A stretch of DNA of 64,000 nt. Source: Octopus sinensis. Lineage: Eukaryota. The notes beneath the pieces are model-generated. The model saw only the letters and a program-made list of their open reading frames with translations, was not told the DNA's origin and searched no databases. Made by a program: the position numbers and the translations under genes. The DNA is taken from positions 26,102,001 to 26,166,000 of the forward strand of contig NC_043016.1 of the NCBI RefSeq assembly GCF_006345805.1, read 5' to 3'. Shown here piece by piece: positions 27,440-40,300 of this stretch; the first letter of the stretch is position 1, and every line of letters begins with the position of its first letter.

Positions 27440-27900
27440 TTTACTACCTTGCCCTAGGTCTGGCTCTTCCATAGGTTCCCGCCACAGTTAGAGATCGACA
27501 CTTCTTTACACAGCTGTCCTTGTCCATATGCATCACATGACTATACCAGCACAGTCATCTCTCTTGCACACCACATCTGATGTCTCTTATGCCAAACTTT
27601 TCTCTTAAGATGCTTACATTCTGTCATACATGCACACTGACATTGCATATCCAGCAAAGTATGCTAGCTTCATTTCTTTCAAGCCTTGGCAGTCATAGCC
27701 AATGTTTCACTGCTGTGTAGCATGACTGTTTGCACACAGGCTTCATACAATCTGCCTTTCACTCTGAGGGAGAGGATCTTTGTTACCAACAGAGGTAGGA
27801 GCTCTCTGAACTTTATCCACCCTATTCTTATTTTAGCAGCTATGCTCTCAGTGCATCCACCCCCACAACAGACTTCTTCTAGTTTTCCACCCCTGGCATT
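27440..27900 (-). mobile_element. RTE-like LINE 3' RT fragment
   Basis: Minus reading LREKFGIRDIRCGVQER.LCWYSHVMHMDKDSCVKKCRSL; related pieces at ~20.55 and ~25.9 kb. Confidence 0.65.
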
Positions 27901-28251
27901 TGATGGAGTTTATGTTCTGTACATGCTTGGTATTAATTATACCTGTGCACCTTCCACACACAAAAATTATTTTCCCTGTTAACTTTCCTCTGATATTGCT
28001 GCACCTCTTATGTGTCCACAGATTACATCAGGTACATCTTATGACATGTCTGTGTTTGTCTCCCACCACTGCTTGACAACTAGTGTCTAATATTGATTTG
28101 TTTACATCCCATGACTTAGTGGTTCAGCAAAAGAGGTCATCAGAATAAGTACCCTTCAAGGTAGTGTCCCAGCATGGCTACAGTTCAATGACAGAAACAG
28201 ATAAAAAGTGTATGTAAAAATATATATATATATATACATGTCTGTAAAATA

Positions 28252-28738
28252 ATATGTGACAATTATTCGGTTGCCATAATAAGACTCTGAGTTTTGGATG
28301 ACGAGGTGGAAAACTGCTCCGGCATCTTATCAGTTATTGAGGCAATCACAAAATGCTATGAAAATGGCCGTTAAACGAAGGGAAATTACTATGTAATTGA
28401 CTGTTATTAAGACAAAAGAGCTATTAGAATGACCGTTAAATAAGGGAAAAAAACGAAGTGGGGGGGAAGTAAAGAAGTAAAAATGCTCATAGAAATCGCT
28501 TATGTGCACATGTACATACACATGCGTGCACACCAGTTTTTCCCCCCTATTTAATGGTCATTCTAATAGCTCTTTTGTCTTAATAATGATAAATTACACA
28601 GTAATTTCCCTTTGTTTAATGGTCATTTTCACAGCATTTTTTGATTGCCTCGATAACTAACGAGATGCCAGAGCAGTTTTCTGCCCCGACATCCGAAACT
28701 CGGAGTCTTATTAAGGCAACCGAATAATTGTCACATAT
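28252..28738. mobile_element. Foldback / long-TIR element (~200-bp arms)
   Basis: 28252-28451 matches the reverse complement of ~28537-28738 (roughly 85% by eye). Confidence 0.8.
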
Positions 28739-28745
28739 CATATTT

Positions 28746-28990
28746 TTATATATAAAAGTGAGGTTGTGTGCTGTCTGTCTCCTACGATTTAGATTCCTAA
28801 CTACTCCCACATTTTGCGGTGCAGTTTAACCAAAACCGGGTATCTTATAGTCGTGATTCATATCAAGCCCTTCTGGGTATTAGTGCGCATCAACGATGAG
28901 TCTACGATTTAAAAAAACATTTACCATCAATTTTCCCCATTTTTAATGCATTTTTGGCATATATAAGGGAAGTAACTCTCTAAAAATTTA
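28746..28990 (+). mobile_element. Helitron-like 5' segment
   Basis: tatatataaaagtgaggttgtgtgctgtctgtctcc... pattern like the other Helitron-type starts in this window. Confidence 0.45.
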
Positions 28991-31561
28991 TTATTAAACT
29001 AACATTTGTTGTGGTTTCTATCTCTCTTTCCCCTCATTATCTCTCTCTATATATCTGTCTGTCAGTCTGTCTCTATTTTGCTTGTCATTCAGTCATCTCC
29101 ACAATTATAATAACAATTGTGTTCCAATTTTGGTACAAGGCCAGCAATTTCAAGGAGGTAGGGTAAGTCAATAATATCAGCTTCGGTGACAAACCGGAGC
29201 TTATTTTATTGATCCCAAAAGGATGAAAGGGAAAGTTTGAATTTAGAATGTAAAGATGGATGAAATGCTACTAAGCATTTTGTCTGCTGTGCTAATGATC
29301 TCTGCTTTCAGATCTTTATGTATTGGATGTATATATCTATGTACATCAGTATGAGTATGAATAAATATATACATACACACATACAAATTATATGTAATTT
29401 GTCGTCATCATCACTCAACATCCATTTTCCATGCTAGCGTAGGTTGAACAGTTTGATAGGATCTGACATATTCCACAGAACTGTATCATGCTCTAATATC
29501 TGCCTGGAATGGTTTGTATGGCTGGATGGCATTCCTAATGCCACTCACAGTACAGAGTGTACTGGGTGCTTTTTTCATGATACCAGCATTAGTGAGGTCA
29601 CCATATAACATACAAGACCAAGATCCTGCCCTTTAATTGAGTTGGGCTAAAGTAGGAAGAATGGTAGCTTTATGCTAGAATATAAGAGGTTAGGATGTGA
29701 AAGAAGGGACCACAAAAGAACAAGTTTCTTGATATAGAGCAATAGTTCTTAACCTTTTGCTTTGTAGCACCCCATTTTTTAAATAATTGTTATGCCTGAC
29801 GTCCACCTAAGTGGTAAGTGAGATATCACGACTAAACTAACTTAACATGGATGATAATTTATAAATTTTACTTTAAAAATGGATTGTATAAGCTTCTAAC
29901 AGTGAAATGGTAAAAAAAAAAAAAATTAATACAGGCAAAAGTTGTAAATTGCAAGTTAATGCATTGCAAGTTAATGACTTCCTTATGCCTAATGAAATCT
30001 CATTTTATTTTAATAACCGTTACTATTTTATCATGTATAATACAATTACTATAAAAATTTAGTATGTTAATTATGTTACCTCACCACCCCCTACAACATG
30101 CCCAGTGCCCCCTTGCGGGTGGTACTGCCCGTGCTGAGAACTTCTGATGCAGAGGAACTATACAGCTGCTCAATTATAGAAGTGTGGCTGGAGTGGATTC
30201 TACTTGACCCTTGCAAGTAATGAAAAGTAGATGTTAAAAAAATGATGATGATGACGATGATTTTATACATAAATTTGGAAACAAAAACTGAATTTAAGAA
30301 AGAAATTTTAATGAAATGATTATAATTCCATGGTGATAATAAACAAACTAACCTTATTAATTGTCTTATGATTGTTTTATAGCTGTTACTCTTTAACCTG
30401 TAAAAACAACAAAAAATTTGAAGTGAATCATCAATGGATTCAATAAAAAGATACTTAATTCAATAATATCCTCCATATTTTTTTTATATATTCACATCAG
30501 TTTAACCATCTATTACCTATTTCTTATTTCTTTATTGCCCACAAGAGGCTAAACATAGAGGGTACAAACAAGGACAGACAAAAAGGTTAAGTCGATTAGA
30601 TCGACCCCAGTGTGTAACTGTTACTTAATTTATCGACCCCGAAAGGATGAAAGGCAAAGTTGACCTCAGAATGTAACAGCAGACGAAATACAGCTAAGCA
30701 TTTCACCCGGCGTGCTAACGTTTCTGCCAATCCGCTGCCTTATTACCATATTTCAGTTGAAATACACCGCTTTTGTTTCAATTACTTTTGAAAATAATGA
30801 AGAATTTCGTAAATTAACTTGTAGCATGAAATTTTGATTGAAGGTTTTTTTTTAAAAATTTAGATCACTTTATAGAACCTGGGGGTGCAGGCAATGTTTC
30901 CATGATGGCAATCTTGGATCTTTTTGCAGTACATCTTTCTCATTGTGTATGTGAATGCCACCATTATCATATTTGATTAAACTACATATTTTTAACATCT
31001 TTACTGTCTATTACAACTACATATAACTATGTGACTATGTAACTACACTGCTTGACTACTTCTCTCTGCTTGTTATACTTCTTCTGCATACCTCTACCAG
31101 TTGAACAAATAAGGGAGCTTCTATGTGGTTCATCAATTGCTGGAAAAAACAGTCAAATCTCCCTCAAATCATACCCTACCATCTTAAAAAAAAAGACACA
31201 TTGGATATTGTAGTCCTAGGTTCCTTGGACAAGAAAAAGATGGGAGGATCATAGCAGGAGTATCTTTGCTCCTTGGTTTACTGGATCAGGGCTGTCCTAT
31301 TATGAAATGAGCAACAACATCTAGCAATGTCTTCGACATTTAACAATTCTTCAACTTACCCATACTTAATTTTTTTTTTTACTTGAGAATTAGTAATCTA
31401 ATGGATCTTATTCAATGTAACTCATGGGTTAGTCACAGATGGAATGTCTTTAATGATAGGTTGGTTGTATTAGGATTGACAAGAGCTAACAACAACTAAT
31501 TAAAACTTTTACCATTTCAATATATGAAACAATTTTAATATTTATATTAAAATTTTAGTAA

Positions 31562-31731
31562 GGCGCAAGAGTGACTGTGGGGTAAGTAGCTTGCTTATCA
31601 ACCACATGGTTCCGGGCTCATTCCCACTGCGTGACACCTTGGGCAAGAATCTTCTACTATAGCCTCGGGCTGACCAAAGCCCTTGTGAGTGGATTTGGTA
31701 GACAGAAACTGAAAGAAGCCAGTTGTATATA

Positions 31732-31768
<37 letters not shown>

Positions 31769-31987
31769 ATATATATATGTATGTGTCTGTATATGTTTGT
31801 GTGTCTGTGTTGTCCCCCCTCAACATCGCTTGACAACCAATGGTGGTCGCCGTAATTTAGTGGTTCGGTAAAAGAAGCTGATAGAATAAGTACTAGGTTT
31901 ACAAGGAATAAGTCCTGGAGTCGATTCGCTCGACTAAAGGCGGTGCTCCAGTATGGCCACAGTTAAATGACTGAAACAAGTAAGAGT
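31562..31987 (+). mobile_element. tRNA-derived SINE (family A), near full length
   Basis: ggcgcaagagtgactgtggggtaag..ggttccgggctcattccc head; central (TA)n; 3' cagttaaatgactgaaacaagtaa. Confidence 0.8.
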
Positions 31988-34699
31988 AATGTTAAACCTA
32001 TTATATTTTTACAAATTTAAATTTTTGGTTTACATGCTTCACAATTTTTTAATTGATTTATATTCTTTTATTTGTTTCAGTCATTTGACTGTGACCATGC
32101 AGGAGTACCACCTTTAGCCAAGCAGATCAACCCCAGGACTTATTCTATGTAAGCCTAGTACTTATTCTATCAGTCACTTTTGCCAAACCACTAAATTATG
32201 GGGACATAAACACACCTGCATTGGTTGTCAAGCAATGTTGGGGGACAAACACAGACACACACATACATATATACAATGGGCTTCTTTCAGTTTCCATTCA
32301 TCAAATCTACTTACAAGGCTTTGGTTGGCCTGAAGCTATAGTAGAAGACACTTGTCCAAGATGTCACGCAGTGGGACTGAAACCGGAACCATGTGGTTGG
32401 TAAGCAAGCTACTTACCACACAGCTACTCTTGCAACTATATATATATATACAATATTTTTATAGACTGGGGGTACCTACAGTGAGTGCTTGTTACAATGT
32501 ATAGTACAAACTTTTTATCTTTTTATAAGTGGAGATAACACAGAAAACTGTGTGTATTCCTAACGTGGTCATAAAGAGAAGAGCCAGTCTTAGGTTTGAT
32601 AAGCATGTACTTTCGTCAAGAGAAATCCCCAGAGTGAGAGCCAGCATTTGGAATGACTGTAAATGAGTGCCTCTTAGGTTTAGTGGAGGTGTAGTGTGGT
32701 AGAATTTACTTGAAATGAACAGTATTTGAGTAGTACTGTAAAAAGAAATGAGGTTAGCATAGTCCCACTGAAATATGCTCTTCAAATCCCACTGAAGTCA
32801 ACTTTGCCTTTCATCCTTTCGGGGTTGATAAAATAAAGTACCAGTTGAACACTGGAGTCAAATGTAATCGTCTATCTCAGGGGTACCCAACCTTATTTTG
32901 CTTGTGGATTTCCCGAGAGCTATCTTATCATCTGTGGACCCCATATATGAACATGTAACTTTTTGGAATAAAATATTTGTTTGTAGGTTAGTAAAAACTA
33001 ACAATGAAACAATTTCGTTATATTCATAACATAAATTCCAAATACGAAATCTTGAAAACTTCAATAAATACAAGTACCTCGTAACAGCAACTTTCACAGT
33101 TACCATAAAACAGCCTGCCTTGATTTCAACCAAACTATCATAACTATCGTAAGCTACAACTTATTTCATTATAACATATACCTTAATATCATAGACTACA
33201 AGTACAATTTATAAAAAAGTTGGCGATCATTCGATATAAGAGTCAAAATGAAAGATTGCCTGTTGTTGAATAGATAACTTTACAGATACGTCAAATAAAG
33301 TTGATATTCAATTGTGGAAGGAAATTCATTCTTGTAATTCTGTTTATTAGATAGAGTGTGTTTCCTTTGATTTTCTTCGTTTTCGGTTCAACTACTGTTG
33401 CATTTTCTTGAGAAATATTTTTCGGATTCATTCATTTTAGATGTTCGAGATTACGAATATAGACAAAAACATTAAAGTGAAAAGAATTTGCGTTTTACCT
33501 GTGTTTGCCTTAAATAATAATTTAAAGTAAACAAATATGAGAAACAAACATTAGTTTAATAATTAATGTTATAAAGTTTGGGAATAATGCAGTTTCGCAA
33601 TATTAGTAAAACAGGTAATTTAATAAACAAACAAATATACCTGACTTTTATAGCATATGAAATCAACATAATACCAGCGATAGCAAGTTCCATTTCTACA
33701 ACAGTTTTCTTTAAAGCAATCTCGATTCTAGTCGACTCATACCTGTGTTCCACCTTAAGAGTTAAAACTTTTAACAAATCCTGTTATTTTGCAACACCAA
33801 GTTGAATTTCATCATTAGTTTTTAGAGTAACCTCCCTTCTTAATCATAATCCATGTCAGGAAAAAAACTAATAAAAATGAAAATTATACCTATTTGATTT
33901 TTAAAAAATTAGTTACTGATTAATTGAATAATTAAAAGGAGCTCTTGATTCGAAAATAACTTTCTCAGATGGAAAATTATTACTTTCGTTTACTTATCTA
34001 TAATAGCAATTTTCTTGAAAGCAATTTTAAAGCTGTTAGAAAATTTCTTTATTATCTCCTGTTCTGTTCTCTTAAATAGTTATGATGTTACCATTTAATT
34101 TATTTTCTTGTTTTATTTTTAAGAAAGAAATTTATTTACTCAGCGAGATATGAGAATTAAATTTTCTTCATTTGTGGTAAAATTAGTTCATAGCCTCCAG
34201 CATGGCCATGATGGCTAAAACTGACTATGTATGTATGTGAGGGGGGGGTATGTATACATATGCATACATAGGTTTCATCATCATCATCATTGAAAGTTTG
34301 CTTTCCATGCTGGTAAGAGGTGAATGGTTTAATAGGAGTTGGCAAACCAAAAGACAACACCAAGATCTACTCTCTGCTTTGGCATGGTTTCTACAGCTGG
34401 ATGTCCTTCCTCATACCAACCACTTTACAGAGTGTACATCATGTAGCACCAGCTGTATGCTAGAAACAGTTTTCCTTCAAAACCACAAAATTCTTCACCC
34501 TCCAAAAAATAGTAAACCCTCCACAAAACTCAGATGAAAACTACAAACGAGTCTTTCTTCCACATCCTGAACAATGTCACTGCTATGTACACAGATAATG
34601 CAGTCAAACAAAGTTATTTGGTTGATTGGTATGAACTAGTGCTCTACAAAAGTATTGTCTCTCTCTCAACTTTTTCAACCATTTCTAAAGAGAGAAGAA

Positions 34700-35454
34700 G
34701 AAGAAAAAAAAAACTTTAGAAATAACTAACTTGCGTGATACAGGAAGAATGGAAAATACAGTCTGCCTTTGCAGAATTTGAAAAATTGGAATTAAATATC
34801 GCAATAATTTCCCATCCCCGAACACATCGTTAACGCTAATTCCATTTCGGCATTCGACCAAATTGAAATTATAGTTCCTTGTAGTAAACATTGGTTGATA
34901 ACATTGGCATGTTGTACGAGAGTCGAATTGTGTTGGAGACACATTTAGTCTTTTTTCCCTTTTATCATGTTATTCACATCAAGGATGCATTATATAAAAA
35001 TATTCAATCGATAACAGCACTGTTAACTATAGCGGGATTTGAACACAGAACGAAAGGTACCAAAATGCATTTTGCGTGATTCTAAGGATTCTATTATGAG
35101 GCCGGTGCTCATTTTATCAAATCTCCCATGATTTAAGCTCACTCCGTAAAATGATACAACTAAACATATCGTAAAGTACTACACCCAAAGATCCGTCTTT
35201 AATTGTTATATGTGTCCAGGGGCCCTACATACGCAACCACAGTGTGCCTATATATTAGCATGGGACCCCCTGGTACAGCCATACTCTAAGACAGTACTAA
35301 GATCACCCCTAGCAATGCCTTTAGCAAAGAAAGGTCATACATTTTAGGGAAGGTGTGAAGTGGTGCGCATGCGTAAACGGCGTCGACTCTTAACTGCGAA
35401 AGTTGAATAACAATTATGTCATATGTTTGGTTCTGAGGTACACGTGTTTCTGAA
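34700..35454. promoter_or_regulatory. Candidate bidirectional promoter region
   Basis: Local CpG enrichment in non-repetitive sequence; TGCGCATGCG (NRF1/EWG-type palindrome) at 35364-35373, about 80 nt before the plus-gene ATG; candidate minus-strand donor AA|gttagt at 34731/34730. Confidence 0.55.
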
Positions 35455-35569
35455 ATGGACCTGCAACAAGCCACCGAAGAATTCAAGTCGCTCCTGTTGA
35501 AAATTGATAAGATGTATGTCGCTGATTTTATATCTTGGGTAGAAGATCACATCGAAGCGGCTGATAAAG
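35455..35569 (+). CDS. Uncharacterised SAM-dependent methyltransferase-like protein, coding exon 1 (MDLQQATEEFKSLLLKIDKMYVADFISWVEDHIEAADK)
   Basis: ATG in promoter context, G|gtaaag donor, phase 1 matches the exon at 44073. Confidence 0.75.
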
Positions 35570-36128
35570 GTAAAGAGAATGTATAGAATGATTTTGTTTT
35601 CAGGACAGGCTCGAAATTATTTATATTCGAAGTCCTTGTAATGAGAAACAATAAATAAATAAATGCCAAATGCTTGACTTCATTAATATAAATTAACATT
35701 ACCATTGATTAGCATATAGTCATATACAGGAATAATTGTATGGTGTAGTTGCTTTCATGGCAGCAACTCATAATTGTTTTGTAGAGTGAGATTTACAAAT
35801 TACCAGTTGTTAATTGGGAAGTGATGTGGGATGCTGTAAAAAATTAATCCGTTCTAAATTGGATCAATTGTAGATGCTGGGTTAGCCAGCAGAAATTGCT
35901 CTTTACGCGAAGAATATGGTATGTGAGATAAATTTAGTCAGCAACCTAAAGTGAAAGGCGTTCCAGCCATAACCTTTCCGTCCTTCATTCAGCGTATTTT
36001 TGATTACATATTTTAACATGCCTACATTTTTTTAAAACTGGCGAGTTGGCTGCTATTTCTAACAATTCAGTGACCGCGTTCATATTTCCTCGCCGGCCTA
36101 TTGAATTTTAAGATATATATATATATAT

Positions 36129-36161
<33 letters not shown>

Positions 36162-36868
36162 ATATATATATAGTGTGTGTGAAAATGTTGTAAACGCGTG
36201 GAGAATTGCGGTGTAAATTCTAAATATGGAATGTATACATTACATTGTTTGGTGTTTACTTAATACACTAAAATGAAAATGTGATATTTACTATAGGGAA
36301 TAAATATTTTATTTTAAAAGCACGTGTATTAGGAGCAGGGGAAACATTTACGTGTGGTTTATTATGTAGAACGTTGTAAAATGAAAAATATCAACAAATA
36401 CCAGCATATTCCATTTTATTCGTGACAACTACTCCTATAGTCTCCAAATATTGAGATAGCTTATTATATAAGTAGCTGTAGTGTTGAATTAGAAACAAAA
36501 TTACAGAATTAAATTTTCAGGTTGGGGTGTCATATTGAAGGATTTAGTCGAACAGATCGATCTCAATACTTATTTTTAAGTCTGGTATTTATTGTATCGG
36601 ACACTTTTACCAAACTAGTAAGTTACTGGTTCGTAAACAAGCCAGCACCGGTTGTCAAGCGGTGATTGCTACACGTGCGCGTATGTATGTTTACACACAC
36701 ATTCACAGCTGTCCGACGAACGGCAACGTAAAACTAAGTAACAGTTTGTGAAGATTTTTTTGGCTTTAATAAAAGCATATTATTCTACCTTCAGTATTTG
36801 TGTACTATGTTTTCCATCTAGTTTTGCATTTGTGATTACGTTTGTATGTGTGTATATATATATCTCTC

Positions 36869-37358
36869 TCTATATATAAAACTGAGAATGTCTGTCTGTG
36901 TGTTTCCCTAAAACTTGAGAACTACACAACCAATTTCATTCAAATTTTACACATGCCTTACTTAGGGTCCATGTAGTTTCATGGGCAAAAAAAAAAAATG
37001 TTCAACCGCTTGCCTAGGGTGAGCCCATAGCAGTATCATATCTTCTCCACTATTTCAGTATTACGTGTTAAAAGTGAAACAAAAAATCTCTATATTTTAT
37101 GTCAGATACTTTCACTTTAACAATAAAAATTAGAGATAATAATAATAATAATTGAATTATATGTAGTAAGTAATAATTAAAATCAAACTAAAGTATGATA
37201 TAATAATTAAATCGTAACATTGCATCAATGACTTGAACTTGAATCAGTGGTTTCACATGAATGGGAATAAATAAAAAATAAAATTAGCGTGCAGAAATAG
37301 AATAGTCCAGATGGAGGTGTGCACGGCTTTTACATTAGATTATTTGCTCATCAGCTAG
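36869..37358 (+). mobile_element. Non-autonomous Helitron-like element
   Basis: 5' TCTATATATAAAAC..ctgtctgtg..caatttcattcaaattttac; 3' gcgtgc/gcacg remnant and CTAG terminus. Confidence 0.6.
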
Positions 37359-37389
37359 CATTAAGTATCTATATGAAGTTTGGCTGTAC

Positions 37390-38270
37390 GAAAGATGCTT
37401 CTACTGAGTACCGCTGTTGGTTTATTTCTGATCCATAAAGGCCTATAGCTTCAACAGAGTACTGCTTGTTTGTTGTTATTATTATTTCTGTTTAACTATT
37501 GTTTTCACGTTTGTTGGTTCCTCGTAAGGGAAGCGTTGTTGTGTTGCATTTGTTAAATAATTGTAAACCGTAACCCTCCCCCTTTGGGAGAAGGAGCTTT
37601 GGTTATTGTTTAAAAATTGAATTGTGTCCCTGTTTGGGGAAATTGACAATATTTTCACCATTTACACGGAAGCATTTTTGTTAGAATGCCTTCGATAGAA
37701 GAAAGTCCAAAAATGAATTTCGCTACAGCCGTCGGCGGGTGGCGAACTCATTAAAATTAAAATGGAAGAAATACAAACCTATTTCGGATTGATCACCGAC
37801 AAAGATGGTGAATCTAGGATAACACCACCAAACGAAATAAAAAATAGAATTAAAGAAAAGACTATTGCCTATAAAGTATACAATGCAGAGAAGAAAAAAA
37901 AACCGATTTGAACACCTGGAGGAAAAGACCATTGAAAAGTGTCTTGGTGCGACTATGAAAAATATCAAGTATCTAACCAGAGGCGGTAAATTCGCCACAA
38001 TAGAAGCAAGGTTCGAGTCAACGGAGCATGCAAGGGAATACTCGACTCGAACCTTGCAAAGTGGAAATACTTTTATATCTGGGGCATAGGACGTCCCGGC
38101 TAAAAGTTTAAAATGCCCCCCCCCCCCCCGAAGTAGAGGTAGGCTGGATTGTAGCCACACTTCTATACAAGAGGGAGGACAAGATACAATTGATCGAAAT
38201 TACAAGAGATGGGCTAACAATTCCAGTCTGTTATATATTTTGAGTATTGTTATCACTAGCGATATCAAGA
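37390..38270 (+). mobile_element. 5' UTR and frameshifted ORF1-like remnant of a LINE (Tx1/L1-like, tentative)
   Basis: MPSIEESPKMNFATAVG... then frameshifted IEKCLGATMKNIKYLTRGGKFATIEARFESTEHAREY; resembles RRM-type ORF1. Confidence 0.4.
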
Positions 38271-38289
38271 TATAATTTTGTATTTTGTG

Positions 38290-39915
38290 TAGATGTACCA
38301 TCCGATCGTGGCCATTCGCCAGCCTCATCTAGCACCTGTGTCGGTGGCACATAAAAACACCATCCGAAGACCCGGCAAGACTAGTCAGGCCATAACCCTT
38401 GGCCCCTACCTGGGACGTAGTCAGTCCACCTGTGCATACCTTCCTTCTTGTGACACTTGTGAAGACCTGTTGAGGCAAGTGAAAATCAAAATCAAAACAA
38501 ATCAATGGAATCTGTATCTTTGTGGTACCAGTGCCGGTGGCACACAAGAGAACCATCCAAACGTGGCCGTAGCCAGTTCCGCATCGACCGGCCTCCGTGC
38601 TGTGGGCACGTAACAAACACCATCCGATCATGGCCGTTCGCCAGCCTCATCTGGCACCTGTGTCGGTGGCACATAAAAACACCTTCCGAAGACCCGGCAA
38701 GACTAGTCAGTCCACCTGTGCATACCTTCCTTCTTGTGACACTTGTGAAGACCTGTTGAGGCAAGTGAAAATCAAAATCAAATCAAAATAGATGAACATC
38801 AATGGAATTTGTATCTTTGTGATACCAGTGCCTGTGGCACACAAGAAATCCATCCGAACGTGGCCGTAATCAGTACCGCATCGACTGGCCATCGTGCTGT
38901 GGGCACATAACAAACACCATCCGATCGTGGCCGTTCGCCAGCCTCATCTAGCACCTGTGTCGGTGGCACATAAAAACACATCCGAAGACCCGGCAAGACT
39001 AGTCAGGCCATATCCCATGGCCCCTACCTGGGACGTAGTCAGTCCACCTGTGCATACCTTCCTCCTTGTGATACTTGTGAAGGCCTGTTGAGGCAAGTGA
39101 AAATCAAAATGAAATCAAAACAAATCAAATCAAATCAAATCAAAACAAATCAAAATAGATGTACATTAATGGAACTGTATCTTTGTGGTACCAGTACCGG
39201 TGGCACACAAGAAAACCATCCGATCGTGGCCGTTCGCCAGCCTCATCTGGCACCTGTGTCGGTGGTACATAAAAACACCATCCGAAGACCCGGCAAGACT
39301 AGTCAGGCCATAACCTGTGGCCCCTACCTGGGACGTAGTCAGTCCACCTGTGCATACCTTCCTTCTTGTGACACTTGTGAAGACCGAAGACCTGTTGAGG
39401 CAAGTGAAAATCAAAACAAATCAAAATAGATGAACATCAATGGAAATTGTATCTTTGTGGTACCAGTGCCGGTGGCACGTGGCACACAAGAAAACCATCC
39501 GAACGTGGCCGTAGCCAGTACCGCATCGACTGGCCTCCGTGCTGTGGGCACGTAACAAACACATCTGATCGTGGCCGTTTGCCAGCCTCATCTGGCACCT
39601 GTGTCGGTGGCACATAAAAACACCATCCGAGCGTGGCCGTCTGCCAGCCTCGTCTGGCACCTGTGTCGGTGGCACATAAAAACACCATCCGAGCGTGGCC
39701 GTTTGCCAGCCTCGTCTGGCACCTGTGTCGGTGGCACATAAAATCACCCACTACACTCTCGGAGTGGTTGGCGTTAGGAAGGGCATCCAGCTGTAGAAAC
39801 ACTGCCAGATCTGACTGGACTGGTGCAGCTTTCGGGCTCCCCAGACCCCAGTTGAACCGTCCAACCCATGCTAGCATGGAAAGCGGACGTTAAATGATGA
39901 TGATGATGATGATGA
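38290..39915 (-). repeat. Element-derived tandem array: ~300-345-bp units x4+, then ~60-bp units and an (ATG)n-tailed SINE end
   Basis: catccgatc(g/a)tggcc recurs at 38299, 38621, 38918, 39217 and 39562. Confidence 0.9.
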
Positions 39916-40074
39916 TGTACATGTAATATGTACACACACATATATATACACATATATACATGCACTAGCACTATGACCCAGCAACAACGGGTCTTTAATG
40001 CTAGTATATATATATATACAAAAAATGCTAGTATATATATATATATACAAAAAATATATATATTTAGAAAAAAA

Positions 40075-40300
40075 GGCGGCGAGCTGGCAGAAACGTTAGC
40101 ACGCCGGGCGAATGCTTATCGGTATTTCGTCTGTCGCTAAGTTCTGAGTTCAAATTCTGCCGAGGTCGACTTTGCCTTTCATCCCTTCGGGGTCGATAAA
40201 TTAAGTACCAGTTATACACTGGGGTCGATGTAATCGACTTAATCCGTTTGTCTGCCCTTGTTCGTTCTCTCTGTGTTTAGCCCCTTGTGGGTAGTAAAGA
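40075..40300 (+). mobile_element. Young tRNA-derived SINE (family B)
   Basis: ggcggcgagctggcagaaacgttagc...gagttcaaattctgcc with CpGs retained; many older copies across the window. Confidence 0.8.

Noticed and set aside
32492-32785. 97-aa minus ORF with a strong acceptor (ctaacctcatttctttttacag)
   Set aside because: No homology recognised; it may be a non-coding or alternative exon but is unsupported.
33556-33805. Overlapping ORFs near the promoter, including a Cys-rich minus reading (NRDCFKENCCRNGTCYRWYYVDFICYKSQ) ending at a gtatat donor
   Set aside because: Weak acceptors, no recognisable family and no linked exons found; cannot be supported without RNA data.
38293-39971. Cluster of 65-146-aa ORFs on both strands
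   Set aside because: They arise from the ~300-bp tandem array.
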